Positions 47,437 to 60,100 of a DNA stretch of 64,000 nt are shown one piece after another; positions within the stretch are counted from its first letter, which is position 1, and each line of letters opens with the position of its first letter. The stretch spans positions 62,001 through 126,000 of the forward strand of contig DF237095.1 in NCBI GenBank assembly GCA_000708835.1, in the 5' to 3' direction. This stretch comes from Klebsormidium nitens (lineage: Eukaryota; Plantae; Klebsormidiophyceae). A program made the translations under genes and the position numbers. Below the pieces are notes generated by a model. The model did not search any database, was not told the origin of the DNA, and worked only from the letters and a program-made list of their open reading frames with translations.

Positions 47437-49362
47437 TACCTGTCACTTTGAGTTGCGGACTGGTTTCTCAGAACTAAGAAATTATGCTGTGAGACGACAG
47501 ATCATGTCAGTCTGCAGCTTTGCAGAGTACTGTCATAGAATGCCTCCCGATTGCCCTCTCAGAAGTTGCATGGAGACATGAGGGCAAAGACTGCTAATCA
47601 GGCTGCTAACTCAACTCAACCGTGTAGAAGCCTGCAGAACACGAAAACAAGGGTTTAGGTGAACCAGGGTCTTCTAGAGACACAATGGTTTTGGCCCAAA
47701 ATGTCATGCCCTTGTCAAAACACCGCGGTAAATATCCCGCATTGGGAGAATTATGAATGATCAACTTGGGCAAAGACCAAGACTTTTTCTAGCATGATTT
47801 GGAGCTGGCGGCGGGGCACCCCGTTTTTCATCTGCATTCCTGTCATGTACATGAGGTCTCTGTTGAAAAAGGGCAACGAATATTCTGTGCACAAACAGTG
47901 GGATATCAATAGGAAACCCTCTCATAGTGGATACTTGAAAGCTGAGCTGGCACATGGAAGTCCCCTCTAAGATCTGAGAAGCTTTGAAGTGTTTCAGAGC
48001 TTTGTAGCAACAAAATCGAGCATTGAACAAGGTGGAAACTTTCACGGGGAGCGGGACTCAGATTATAAGCTGCATGAGCCATGATGTCGACACAGCTTGT
48101 ACTCCTGTCAGACAGCATTGCATTCAGATTGTGACTACAAATCATGCAACTGATCTTTGATCCACATACTATTGAGGAGCGAATGGCTGGACATTTGCAT
48201 GTAATGAGCTTTCAAGCTTTTTCAAACCGACTGAATTGCTCATACTCAGCCAGCATGCCATTCCTTCCTTCACGTCCTGATCGCCACAAAGATTCAAACA
48301 TGCAGAGCTCCACCTTCCTGATGCTGACGTCAATCACCACCAAAGCCCCACGACTCTGATTCTTTCACCCTTGTCGCGAACCCCATAGACATTCTTACCT
48401 TGCATGGAACGACGCGAGAATAGGCCAACCGCCCTTTTAAGACTGCTGCTGCAACCAATGCTCCCCAACGCTGGTGTGATGTGCGGTGCTGTGAAAGTTG
48501 GACCTCTGAGGTATGGAGGAGGTATGTTGACAAGGTTTGCACTTCAACTTCATTTTCCAAGCAATGTGTGTTCACACTGCAACTTCACAGTTCCACTCGA
48601 TCAGGAGGATAAAACAGAAGATTCTTCCATGGGCAGATCTCATCCATGGAGCAGCTCATGATTCATCCTCCTTTTGTCTCGCGAGGAGTCCTCGACGAGG
48701 CATATGCCACATGTATGTAAAGCAGGGCGGATACGGTCTACCGGGAGCTTTTGACCCTGAAAGAAGGAGAGGCAATGAACCCGGTCGATACTCCCGTGCT
48801 TTTGACACTCGTAAAGGTAGAGGATGCCTGCCCGGCCACGGTCTTGTCTACCATGTACAAGCTTGTGCATGCAATTCTGACTCAAATTTCCATATACCTA
48901 TATTCAGTTAAATGAACAGGGTGCATCGTTAAAGTACACTCTGCCACACTTTCCATGTAGATGCACAGGCCAGGCATGGCATTTGTGGAAAGGGCAAACA
49001 AATGAATTGCATGTGAGCCTCCAGACAAGCGAATGGCCTGTACATGGACCTTTGCAGAGAACAAGCGATCATGTGTAGTGAATCGTCGAACATGTGTTTC
49101 ATGCCAGATGGGATAAAAACGATACAATTATGTCCGTGTCCGTTGCCATAGTTGTGCAGGCTACTTTTTGAAACCGGCGGCTTGCATAAGCCTCCATTCG
49201 ATGGCTGCCTCAATTACATGCTGGCATGATGAAAGTAGAATCTTAATATAGATCACTCTTGAAGGTAAGCCTACTAGCAACCGCCAGAAGATTGCTCAGA
49301 CCCTAATCATGTCGGTAAACAGTTTGGTGTGGACTGCACCGCAAATGTCCTTCGAGTTCCCC

Positions 49363-51982
49363 TCAATCGTCCTCTTCTTGTGCTGGGACCACCGAGTTGT
49401 AGTGCTCCCCAAGCCCATAAGCATGGTGATGGTACGATAACCGGAGTGGCTGCGTCGCCCCGCGCTCGTACTCTTTACCCATCTCCACCACTGGCAGACT
49501 TGCAGAATAGACACTGATGTGCTGCCTCAAGGCGTGTGCCAACGCCCCCAGTTCTAGTTGCCCCCCCCAGGTAGCCGTTTCTTCCACCTCTTTACAATAG
49601 GCCTCGAACTGGGCATCGGGATCGCCCTCGTGCTCTGTCGCGTGCTCCGTGACGAACGGCAAGAAATCGTCCTTGTGAGCCCGCATGTAGACAGCAGCGA
49701 GTTTCCGAAGGCTGAGGTAGTCTTGGATGAGATTGGAGGGCTGCCCTTGTAACTGCAGAAACGAAGGCACGGGTTTGAGATGTTGCACAGGTGCGTATGG
49801 TAAGGGTATCTCATCGACCTAAGAATGAAAGGGGTTAGAAAAAACCCCTGCTTCCGTGTGTGAGGGCAACCCGTTTCTTTGCAAACAGCTTCTTTGCAAA
49901 CGGCCAAAATGAAAGAATGTGTTTACATCTTCATCTGACGGACAATTCTGGCCCCAGAGCACCGGGGATGAACACCAAAAGGAATCAACAATCGGTGATA
50001 CGACAGGTCAGAGTTGGCAATCGGCTCGTAAATCAAAGTTCAAGCAGCTTCTTGGTGCAACCTTAAGAAGGATCCATCTGTACAAGGAGGGTACCCCAAA
50101 CCGCATAGAGGGCAAACGACTGCCCTGGCACAGAATGTTTTGCGCAGCGCTTTCGATCCTTCTTCGAAATATGCGTTCACGAAGCCATTGGGGGATTTAC
50201 TTCCTAAAGCAAGGCAGATTCAGCACTTCGTCTGACCATCTCAGCTTGTAGATTTCTTTCTCGATCTCCGACCTGCCAAGACTGGAGACTGGAAGGACGT
50301 TGCGTACCCTTAGAAAAAAGTGGAATCTGAACGTGAGGATGCAGACCTTTCCTGGGCACAACGAACTGAGCAGACGATTCGAGAAAGGGAACCGCATTGC
50401 CGTCGAAGCAGCTGGGCCGCTTCGAGCGGACGTCCTCCCTCACCTGCAACTGATCCTCCACCGCGCGGTACAGACAGTGCCCGTCCGGCTTGATCTCCTT
50501 CAGCGCCAACCCCAGCGGACTCAGCTTTTCCGCTAACCTCTGGTTCTCGATAACCCGCTCGCTAACCACCCCGCTCTGCTCCTGCTGGATCCGCTGTTCC
50601 CGCTCCACCTCCTGCTTCATCTTCGCATCCCTCCGCTTCTGCGCCTTGCTCGGTCCGCGCTGCGGACCCACGCTTGTCCCCGCTATTGCGCGGATCAAAG
50701 TGTCCATATCGTCCGGCTTCTTGCCTTCGGCGCTCTCAGCCTCCTTCTCGCCGAACCCAAGGGCGGCCAGCTCTTTCGCTTGGCGCTTCCTGCAGATGGG
50801 GGGCCACAAGCGTTGGCTTGGAGCCTCTCGACTAACTTCAGAAGGCTTGGCCGCTTTTAGGTTTCGCCTGACATCGTGCGACTTACAAAGAATCAAGACC
50901 GTCCGGAGATGGTGACTAGATTCTGTAACGTGGAATCAAATATTCGTCGTGGTTGTTACTTCTTTTTGAAGCATCGACATAAAACTCTATCTGTACCGTT
51001 TCATCCTTTTCGAAAGTCCACTAACATCCTCCAGGTAAGGATTCCTGCAAGATGTTGCAAAATCCATCTCGAAAATCAACACTCGAGGTAGCGAGTCCAC
51101 TAGCCTCTCCGGATATGTTGTACCTCATTCCTATAAAACTGCCCCCTCGCAAACCAGGATATCGGTAAGAAGTACGATACAAGCAGATCTGGAACCAGGA
51201 GCGCACCAGAAGAAAGAGACGGCACCCTTACTTGAGCGATGCATCCAGCTTTGCAATCTGCTCGTCAACAGCGTGCTTGGCTGCTTTCTGCGCGGCCTTG
51301 CTGCCCTTTGCGGCCTGCTTCTTCAGCTCGATCTCCTTGCCTTGCAGGGCCTTGATTTCCTTGCGGTGCCGCGCCAGCACCTCTTCGCGGGTCTCCTTTG
51401 GAGCGCCTGCAGCAAGGCCTTCCGAGGTGTGAGTCAGAAATCTTACCTCCTGTCCTGCCCGTGAAATCCTTGATTCAAACCGAGACTGGGGTTGCTGTTG
51501 CAAATGATGACATGGGGAAAGGTGTAGGGCTTTGGGCGGCCTCCTCGGCAAGACTACGTCAAGGCCAGAAAGGTTGAATTTTTTTGCACTTCTTATTGCA
51601 CCCAAGGCTCGCCACGTCACGGCTTCCAAAGCGGTTCCTGGTCTTTGTCCCACTATTGCTTCTCTCCTTGACCCCAGCTCTGCCAGAAGGTTGGTTCTGT
51701 CCAGAAAGAACGGGTTGCAGAGAGCATTTACCTTATTATGGCAAAAGAAAGCCAAAGCTCAAGCTTAACTCCCCCTCAAAGAATCTTTGCAAGAATTGCC
51801 TTGTCGGGCAAATACGGAAATACTGCCTTAAAACAATGGGGCTTATCGAAGCAGATCCACATTTCATGCCCCATCCAGAACAAAGGTTGGAACCTACCAT
51901 TGGATTCAGAGGGAGTCGAATCCTCAACTGCTGCCCCTTCATCCAGGTTTGAAAGGCCCGGAGCCCCCTCAGTCTCGCTCAT
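49363..51982 (-). CDS. OTU5: OTU-domain deubiquitinase (plant OTU5 / OTUD6 / yeast Otu2-like)
   Basis: Exons 51982-51898, 51406-51232, 50789-50444 and 49752-49363. N-terminal [10 protein letters not shown] coiled coil, catalytic [20 protein letters not shown] and [16 protein letters not shown]. Confidence 0.9.
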
Positions 51983-52493
51983 CTTTGCGGTTACTTTTGT
52001 CTGCAAACACCAACCACTGTCATAGAGACGACAACATCCGGCCAGCTCTTGGTGACATCAGAGATCGTTACAAGCAAGTGACCTTAATCTGCAAGAGCCG
52101 GTACTCAAGTTGAATGAGATGCAGACGTATCATTTGTCTGGAATGGTAAGACGAAGCGCGCGACACAAATATTCGCACTTCAATATGGAGTTACTTACCA
52201 GGTAAGTATAGAAGGTAAATACAGTTGCTTCAGATTCAATATCCGCTGCACAGTACCAGAGAAAAGACAGTGAGTGAAAACAGCGTCTCCGCTGCCAATT
52301 TTGTGGGGAGCTTGTGCAAGCAGAAGCTCGACCAGGCAGGACTCGTTCCTGAAAAGCAATCACAGCGGCAAGTCATACTGACCACATGGCAAGGACTAAG
52401 AAAGCGAGACAGTTTGCAGCTTGATCTGGTTGGACAGAATGTTTCCGCCCTTATTCAAAGGAAACAAGATGGTGGCAAAACAGACAGGCCCAC

Positions 52494-53322
52494 CTACGTC
52501 TGCTTAGTGTAGGCTGAAGAGGACGCCGACTTTCTTGTCCTGAAAAAGCCGTACACTAGTGGAAGCACCACCCCGACAACCATAACAGCTGCTCCCAGGA
52601 TGTACCTGACATTGGAGAGGATAGCGTGAGTTTTAAATGTCTTCCATCAAGGACAATTGAAAGAAATAAATTGCCAAAGCAACATCCTGAGCATGAAACT
52701 CTTGAATCCATAATGTTGCTATTGGGCCTACAAGCTAACGACGGCGTCGACATCAGCAACCACTCAAGGTAGGTGTGCAAGCAGCGGTTGCCCCACCTTG
52801 TGGGAGTTGGTGACTCAACCTCTAACAGGTGACGAACCTGCATCACAAGACGAGCGGCAGATCGAAAGGAAGAGTCAATACTGCGCAGCCATCAGGTCAA
52901 GTTTCTGTGCCAAAACAATGAGTTTCCCAGCTGGCATCAGCAGTACGGTAAACAATCTTTCCTCAATTAGTATCCTCAATGTCCGCAGGGCACCAGTCAC
53001 GTCACTATTCCAAAACTTTATATTGACAGTTCATATTCAGGGGAGAAGAACGTTACGAAGTGGCAGGAGATAAGAACGTTAAGAAGTAGCAGGAAATAGT
53101 TGATGCCAGAGATCCACTCAACCCCAGCAATTGCTTGAAGTTGATGCCTGATTTGTGCACTTGTGGGAGCCTGGATCCCCATAGTGCGCCACCAGCATTG
53201 ACAAAAAGCAGAAAAGTAGCCGCCGACAAAAAATCCGAGTGTTCGTCACCTAAAGTGGCTATCGCAACCTCCAACAGTACCCAACACAAGATAGTTAGCA
53301 GGTGCAATGCAAGCTGGCCCAT
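52494..53322 (-). CDS. Candidate small single-pass membrane protein, missed by the ORF track
   Basis: Exons 52837-52797 (VRHLLEVESPTPT) and 52605-52494 (RYILGAAVMVVGVVLPLVYGFFRTRKSASSSAYTKQT*) join in frame with good splice sites. A signal-peptide-like start MGQLALHLLTILCWVLLEVAIA lies at 53322, but its junction to the downstream exons is unresolved. Confidence 0.4.
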
Positions 53323-54134
53323 TTGACCATCAGGCTTACCGGCATGTTGTACAATTTTACGGCGACCTCAACCACGCTTCACCTTGATCAGCTTCCCCTA
53401 CTTAGAAATCCTGCGCATCCTTCCGTTCCTTTTCTGTATTCCCAGAGAATAGGTAGAAGCCACAGAGAGATCTTTAGGCCTTTCAGGATTGCCACGACAA
53501 AGGTCTCTGCTGACGGATTCCAGCGTGCTTTCCTGGCACCCTTGGCATGGCATAGAAGCGTAGAGCGCGCTTCCTGCTGAGCCAGAGTCCACAATGATAC
53601 CTGCCGCCTGCGCCTTAACTTGCATACCTATACAGATTGGGCTGTACGTCAATGGGCTTCGAAGTCGTATTCTCTTGCATAACCCAGCGACTTTGACCAG
53701 CCTATATAATGTTCCCGTATTGCATGGGGGCTGTAAAACCTGACACTTGATGCTAATTTCATTACCCCTTCCCGAACATGTCACCTTGGTTGGAAGAGCT
53801 AGAATAAACGCGCGCATGTATAAGGGCTAGAAGGACCTTCATATGAACTGGCTCACATATGATTTGGTTTGATCCACGTATTACTATAGGTAATAATATT
53901 CATGGTGCGACGTAGCCTTAGGCCTGCGTTCTTGGTCTTGCCATTGATGTCCAGTGAAACATGGTGCACACAGTTCCTGCAGAATGTGGTGGCGGCCCAA
54001 GAAGCAGCTGCTGATGGCGGTGGGTAGGGCGTTGCATGCTAATGCACAGGCCAGCATTCTAGTCAGCAGCTGCAGAGTCTAGTTTTGTGTTGTGTCGCTT
54101 CAGCGTTGCTTTTGTCCTGATTCTGTAGGTGCGA

Positions 54135-57100
54135 ATGGCAGGAACGTGTTTGTTATGTTCTTTGGCGGCAGGAAAACAGGCATTGGCGCGCTTTTCCAAC
54201 TTGGATAGGAGCGCGGGCCTGGCTTCCAGAGAGGGGTCAGCAGCCAAACTTGTGGCTGGAACAAATGAGATGCGAACAAATGCGGTTCTAGGGAGAGGAA
54301 AAGCTGCAGCATTGAGGACGAGCAAACCCCTGTTGAGCACGAGGTCTCCCCTGGCTGCAGATTGCAAGCTACCTGGTAATGGTGTTGCATTGCGAAACAT
54401 CTTTTTGCATACAGCATCATCAGAAAGGCGCCGGCAGTGTCAGGGGGCGCCCTTGCATAGAAAAGCAGCGGGGTGGTACAGACAAGGCGCCGACACCCTC
54501 GCTAGAAAAGTTGAGTGCGTTGAGGAGGGGTGGGGGGCCCAGACAAAAGGACCGCGTTCTGTGAAAGTTACTTTGGGGAGGGCGTCGGAATGCTTGCCTA
54601 AACGGCCGTGTCTCGTACGTGTACAATTTCCTGCCCCGCTTTGCCATGCTCCTCGTAGGCTTTGTCCTCTACGGGCAAGCACTTCGGACGCTGAGCCAGC
54701 TGTCGGGATGGCGTCAGACCTACCGTCCGAAAGGTCGGACAGCGCCGGCAGCCAAGCTGCCAGCTCTCCGTCCAAGCTGGAAACTGACGCGGGGCCGTTA
54801 GAAAAAATCTTTGGGTCAGAGGAGGTGGGGACATCTTCGAATGACGAGACTTCGTTCGATGGGGGTACAACTAGTCAGGGGGAGGAAGACACGCGGGGCT
54901 ATCGGCGCGAGACGGTGCTTCCGCATCGGCAGCTGCGGGAGGAGGTTAAGGGCCGGCGGTCAACCAAACCCTGGCGGCCTAACAAGCCCGAGCGCCGGTC
55001 GGCCAGCCACGATTTGGCGCAGACTCACTATAAGAATCAGGTGAGTGGACCCTCTGCGAGGGAACGCGAACCTTGGCTTTATGAGACTGACTCAGAGGGC
55101 GAGGAGGAGGAAGAAGAAGAGCGAGATGATTACTTGGGGGCCGCGCCGCACTTAGAAAAGCTGCCAGAACCTCGTAGGGGGTTCCGTAAAGCTACGAAAA
55201 GGGGGGAAGGTTTAGAGCTCAGGGTGCTTAAAGGCGCGCGGTTAGACAGCGGTCTCCGCCGCCCGAGTAGGCCGAAAAGGAGATCGACAGAGGGGGCGCC
55301 GGCTGCGGTTGCGTCAGATCAGGTGAGACACGGTGGTGCAGCTTGATTAAAAGTGGATCATCTTGTTCCAGAGTCAATTTTGGTCCAGTGAGACTGCCCG
55401 GAGGGAATCAACGAGCACAAGTGGAGAAAGGTAACCAAGTCTTAAAGCCGTCGCACTGGCTTTTTGTGAGGCCAGCATAAGTCTTACCGGAGTGGGCCAG
55501 CGTCGAGGCATTGGCTTTGTCATTAAGGATTCAGGCCCTGTTTCTGCGTAAAGTCAATTGGAATACATGCAATTAGACAGCCGTGAAACAAGTATGGTAA
55601 CCAGTTTGAGCGGAAGGCTAGGACACTCCAGACCCTCTTCTGGCCAGCCATCTGTTTGGCATATGACGCAAACAGTTGGTCATCTCAAGTTGTACATCTA
55701 TGACGTGATTGCGAAACGAACTCGAGGTGGCAGCATTGGAGCTTTCAAGCTACACCACCTACCCATCAAGGCACCCAAGTCTCACATCTCGTTTGGATTG
55801 CCCCAGGACTTTCCTCTAGATGATGCCCTCGGCCGAATGCTCGTGTATTGGTTTGACCAGGCTTTGCTTAAGCAGTTCCAATTACAGATTATTAAGCCAA
55901 AAGTCTCTTCCGGAGGAGAAAATGTAGACAGCATTACAAGTGATCCCCTTAACCGACTTCACTGGCCACACCCTTGCGAGCCTCCTTACCCAAGCACCTT
56001 AGGTCAGTGCGCACATACAACTTGGAGAGGCGCGGAAGGAAACTAAAACGACAAGAGATTCGAATTTGCCACCACCTCTCCTTTGAACCAACTCCTATCA
56101 ACCCATTCGTACTTCCACGCAGGGTGGCGCCACGAAAGACCTTCACAACGACGAGTTTGGCGTAACGCTGTACCTGCGGCCAGGCTCGCTCGGGTGCGTG
56201 ACGTGGGTCATGCGCGCGCTCGAGGCGCAGCCAAAAGAGGGGAAGCTGGACGACCTTTTGGACACGATGCTCGAGGAAGCGCCCGTGACGGTCTCCGACA
56301 TGGGGAACGTGATGAAGCGGTTGATGGAGCAGCGGAGGTGGCGGCGCTTGTTGCAGGTAGGGAGGAGTTGTTCCAATCGAAGTGACGTGTCTTGAAGGCA
56401 GTAAATATTCCTGTCTTTTTATGCTTACGGTTATGAGAGCTTTGGATATGAGTAAATGATGTTGGAGCGGCGGAGGTGGCGGCTGTTGGTGCGGTTAGGT
56501 CTTTTCCTGGGTTGGAGTGGCGTCTTGTGAAGGCGAGAAGTGTGCCTTCGTCAACCTGCTTCTCTTTTGACCCATCTTTTGATACCTAGCTTTGGTCTGG
56601 TTAGACTATTAATGAACACAAGCGCTGGCGGCGAGAAGTTCAACGTCCAAGCGGCGATTCTCGATTCAATGCGTTTGCCTCGTCAGTGCTGCGCTCAAGA
56701 TTGCCAGTTGGTGGCTTATGTTCGTCCAAGCGCTGTTGCAGCAACTGCCCTGGCGGCGGCAGCTGCGGATTGAAGAAAAGGGTACTTTTTGAGTCATCCT
56801 TTGTGAACAACGGCAGTTTGTTGTTCTTTTTTGTGACCAGTCTGACGGTACGTATCTGCAAACGGGCGAGAGACACTCGGCCTTTGGAAGTCGTTCTCTG
56901 AGCCCTTCCCGGTACCTACTTTAAGCAGGTTTGCGCGGAGACGTTGACGTGGTTATGGGTATGCTGCACCTTGGCGAAGCCTCTCAATGGACGAAAAACG
57001 TAATCCTTAACGACGTACTTTCTCCCTTTCTCGTCTCGTCGGCTGCATCATTACAGAAATCCGTGAAGCTCTCTGAATCAGCCCCAGCTTATCACAACAA

Positions 57101-60100
57101 TCTTTCTTTACCTTTGACCTCGTCTCTGAAGCCGTCTGGAAAAGGAGCGTCCCTATCAAGCAGAGAGTTGCCCCACGAGACCGAAACCGTCCACAACAGA
57201 AGGGTGGAGTCACGAATTGCTCAAACGATGCCCCGTTTTGAATCGCAGGTCCTCGAATACCTCGAAGCCCGCAACTTCGCGCTCGCGTCCTACTACCACA
57301 TCGCGATCGACGCGCTCGGCCGGTGCCGTCGCTACAAGGAAGCGGGCGAGCTGTTCCGCTCGGAACGGTGCCCCAAAAACACGTTCACGTACAATGTCGT
57401 CATGCAAATCTACACGCGCCAAGGGAAGATCGAGAAAGCGGAGGAGGTCTTCAAGGAGATGCGGACAGCAGGGGTGGTGGTCGAGGCGCGGACGTACAAC
57501 GTTCTTATCGACTATTACTATAAGCGGAGGGGGGGCTTCGATAAGGCGCTGGTGAGTCGTTCAACCGCATGCTGTACCAGCAGATGCTAGCAGAGGGTAT
57601 TAACACGGATCTCATCACCCACAGCATGCTTGTCAGCAACTCCGGGCGGCCAGTTCCGTTTATCTCCTTCCTCTTTCTGTCAAAGGTCCGCCTCTCTTTT
57701 TGGGTTCTGTACGACAGATGCTGGCGGAAGGCATTGACCCGTGTACGGCTTGCTCATCAGCAGCTGCGGGCAGCTCGATCCGTCCATCTTCAAACCGTTC
57801 TTGTTGATTCCGCTTCTCTCAGAATTCCGCTCGGTTTTCGTTTGGAGCTGTGCCGGCAGATGCCGGCAAAAGGTATTGACCCAGATCGCGTGACGTATAG
57901 CACGCTGCCGGTAGTTCCTCTATTCTCCTCAAGTTTCATTATAATATGTGCAGGTTGTCTCGAGAATTCCGTTTTGCTTTTCTCAGGAGCTGTACGGGCA
58001 AATGCTGGCAGAAGGTATCCACCTGACTCGCGTCACTAATGACAGGATCATCAGCGGCTGCGACATCTTCATCTAAAGCCCAATTCCTATTCATGATTAC
58101 GTTTGATTTGAAAGTATACTTTCTCTCAAATCCGCTTTTCTTTTTCAGGAGCTGTACCAGCTAATGCTAGAAGAAGGCATCGACCCGGACCTTGTGCCGT
58201 ACAGCATGCCCCATCTGCAGTTGCGGCAACTTCATGCGACACCGGTGCTACATTGTGTATACGTTAATATATCGTTCAAACAAGTATGCTCTTTCACAAA
58301 CCCCCCATTCCTTTCTCAGGAGCTGTATGGCCAGATGCTGGCAGAAGGCATCGACCCGGACCGCATGACGCACAGCATGCTCACCAGCGGCTGCGGCAGC
58401 TAAGCTTCAAGGTAGTCATCATTCATGAACATTGTCTGGAAATAGGACTTATTTTTCCGCTCTATATTGTCAGGAGCTTTACCGCCAGATGCTGGCGGAG
58501 GGCATCGACCCGGACCGAGTGACGTACAGCGTGCTCATCAGCTTGAGGGCCCATCAGTTTCAACCATCCCAAATACGCGCCGTCAAGAATCTCGGTTGTT
58601 CCACTCTTTCTTTCTGCCGCGCAGGCGCTGTACCAGCAAATGCTGGAAAAAAGCATTGACCCGGACCGACTGACATACAGCATGCTCATCAGCGGCTGCG
58701 GCAGCTTCGTCTGAAACTAGTCGTTCTTCGTGATCATGTTCAGTTATGGGAAATAGACTCTGTCTCAAATTCCGCTCTCCCTTCGCAGGAGCTGTACCGG
58801 CAGATGCTGGCGGAAGGCATCGACCCAGACCGAGTGACGTACAGCATGCTCATCAGCGGCTGCGGGCGGCTCGAGCGCAACCTTCCGGAGCAAGCGCTCG
58901 CGTTCTTTAAGGACATGAAGGAGCGCCAGGTGGAGCCGGACTTGCCGGTTTACAACGCGCTCATTGATACGCTTGGGAAGGCGGGGATGTGCGACGAGGC
59001 GGCGGCAGTGCTTGAGGTAAGAAAGTCTGGGTTTTACGGGTTCGTCATGGTCGGGCCCCAAGAATTCAAGCGCAGGCGTTTGCGTGTTTCAAGGTATGAC
59101 AGAGCGCCAAAGTTGGATTGGACCTATCCGTCTACAACGTGCTCATCGATACGCTCGGCAATGCGGGGACGTGCGACGAGGTGGCAGCGGTACTCGAGGT
59201 AAGCGATGCCTAGGGTTGAGATTTTGAATCAGTCGTCGGGTGTAAAGGTTTGAGAGCGAGCGCTTGATTTACAGAGACACAGTGATACGCCAAGTGAAAC
59301 TCGACTTGCCCGTCTATGATGGATCGAAGGCCCAGTAACCTGACCTACATGGCGCTCATCAACTTCTACAGCCGGTGCAATCATGTTTCCCCAACTTCAC
59401 TTACACATTAGCTAACATACTGTTGATCTGGAATCTTTCAGGGCATGGAAAACACGGACTGGCGGCCAAACATCGTAACATACACATCGCTGATCGACTC
59501 GTATAGCCGGCGAGGTCGCTGGGAAGATGCGGAGGCCATTCTGGAGCGTATGAAGGAGGAAGGGAAGCGGCCGAACGTGGTCACGTATACGTGCATGCTG
59601 AACGCGTATGGCGTGGCGAAGCTGATGGATAAGGCGGAAGGGGTCATCGACGAAATGAAAGCAGCGGTAAGCGGTTTTGGAGTTCTTTTCGTCGGGCTTG
59701 TGAGTTGGATTGTTAGCTTTCGTAAGATTTTGTAGGAGGACCCGCATAGTCGGACGAGAATGGCGTTGCGAAGCTGATGGATAAGGCGCAGGAAGTTGTT
59801 GACGAGATGATGGCAGCGATGAGGGGTGCTGGACCTTCGCTTATCATCGGAATTTGGTTTTGAGTTTGTTTACATCCATCGAGATTGTTTTATAAGAGCT
59901 GCCTGATTGAACGCATATGGCGTAGCAAAAGCTGCTGTCGAATTAAACGGAGGGAGTTATCGGCGAGATGAAGGCAGCGGTAAGCGGTTTTGGGGTGTTC
60001 TTCCTTACTGGAGCTTTAGAGTCAGAGATGTTCGGATCTCCTAAGATATTACCGTAAAGTCCGCAGGAGTCAGTCACTCACTGCAACAACAAAAACGTTC

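Noticed and set aside
47500-49300. Several short ORFs between the kinase and OTU genes
   Set aside because: They have no recognisable domain or consistent exon chain and are probably UTR or intergenic sequence.
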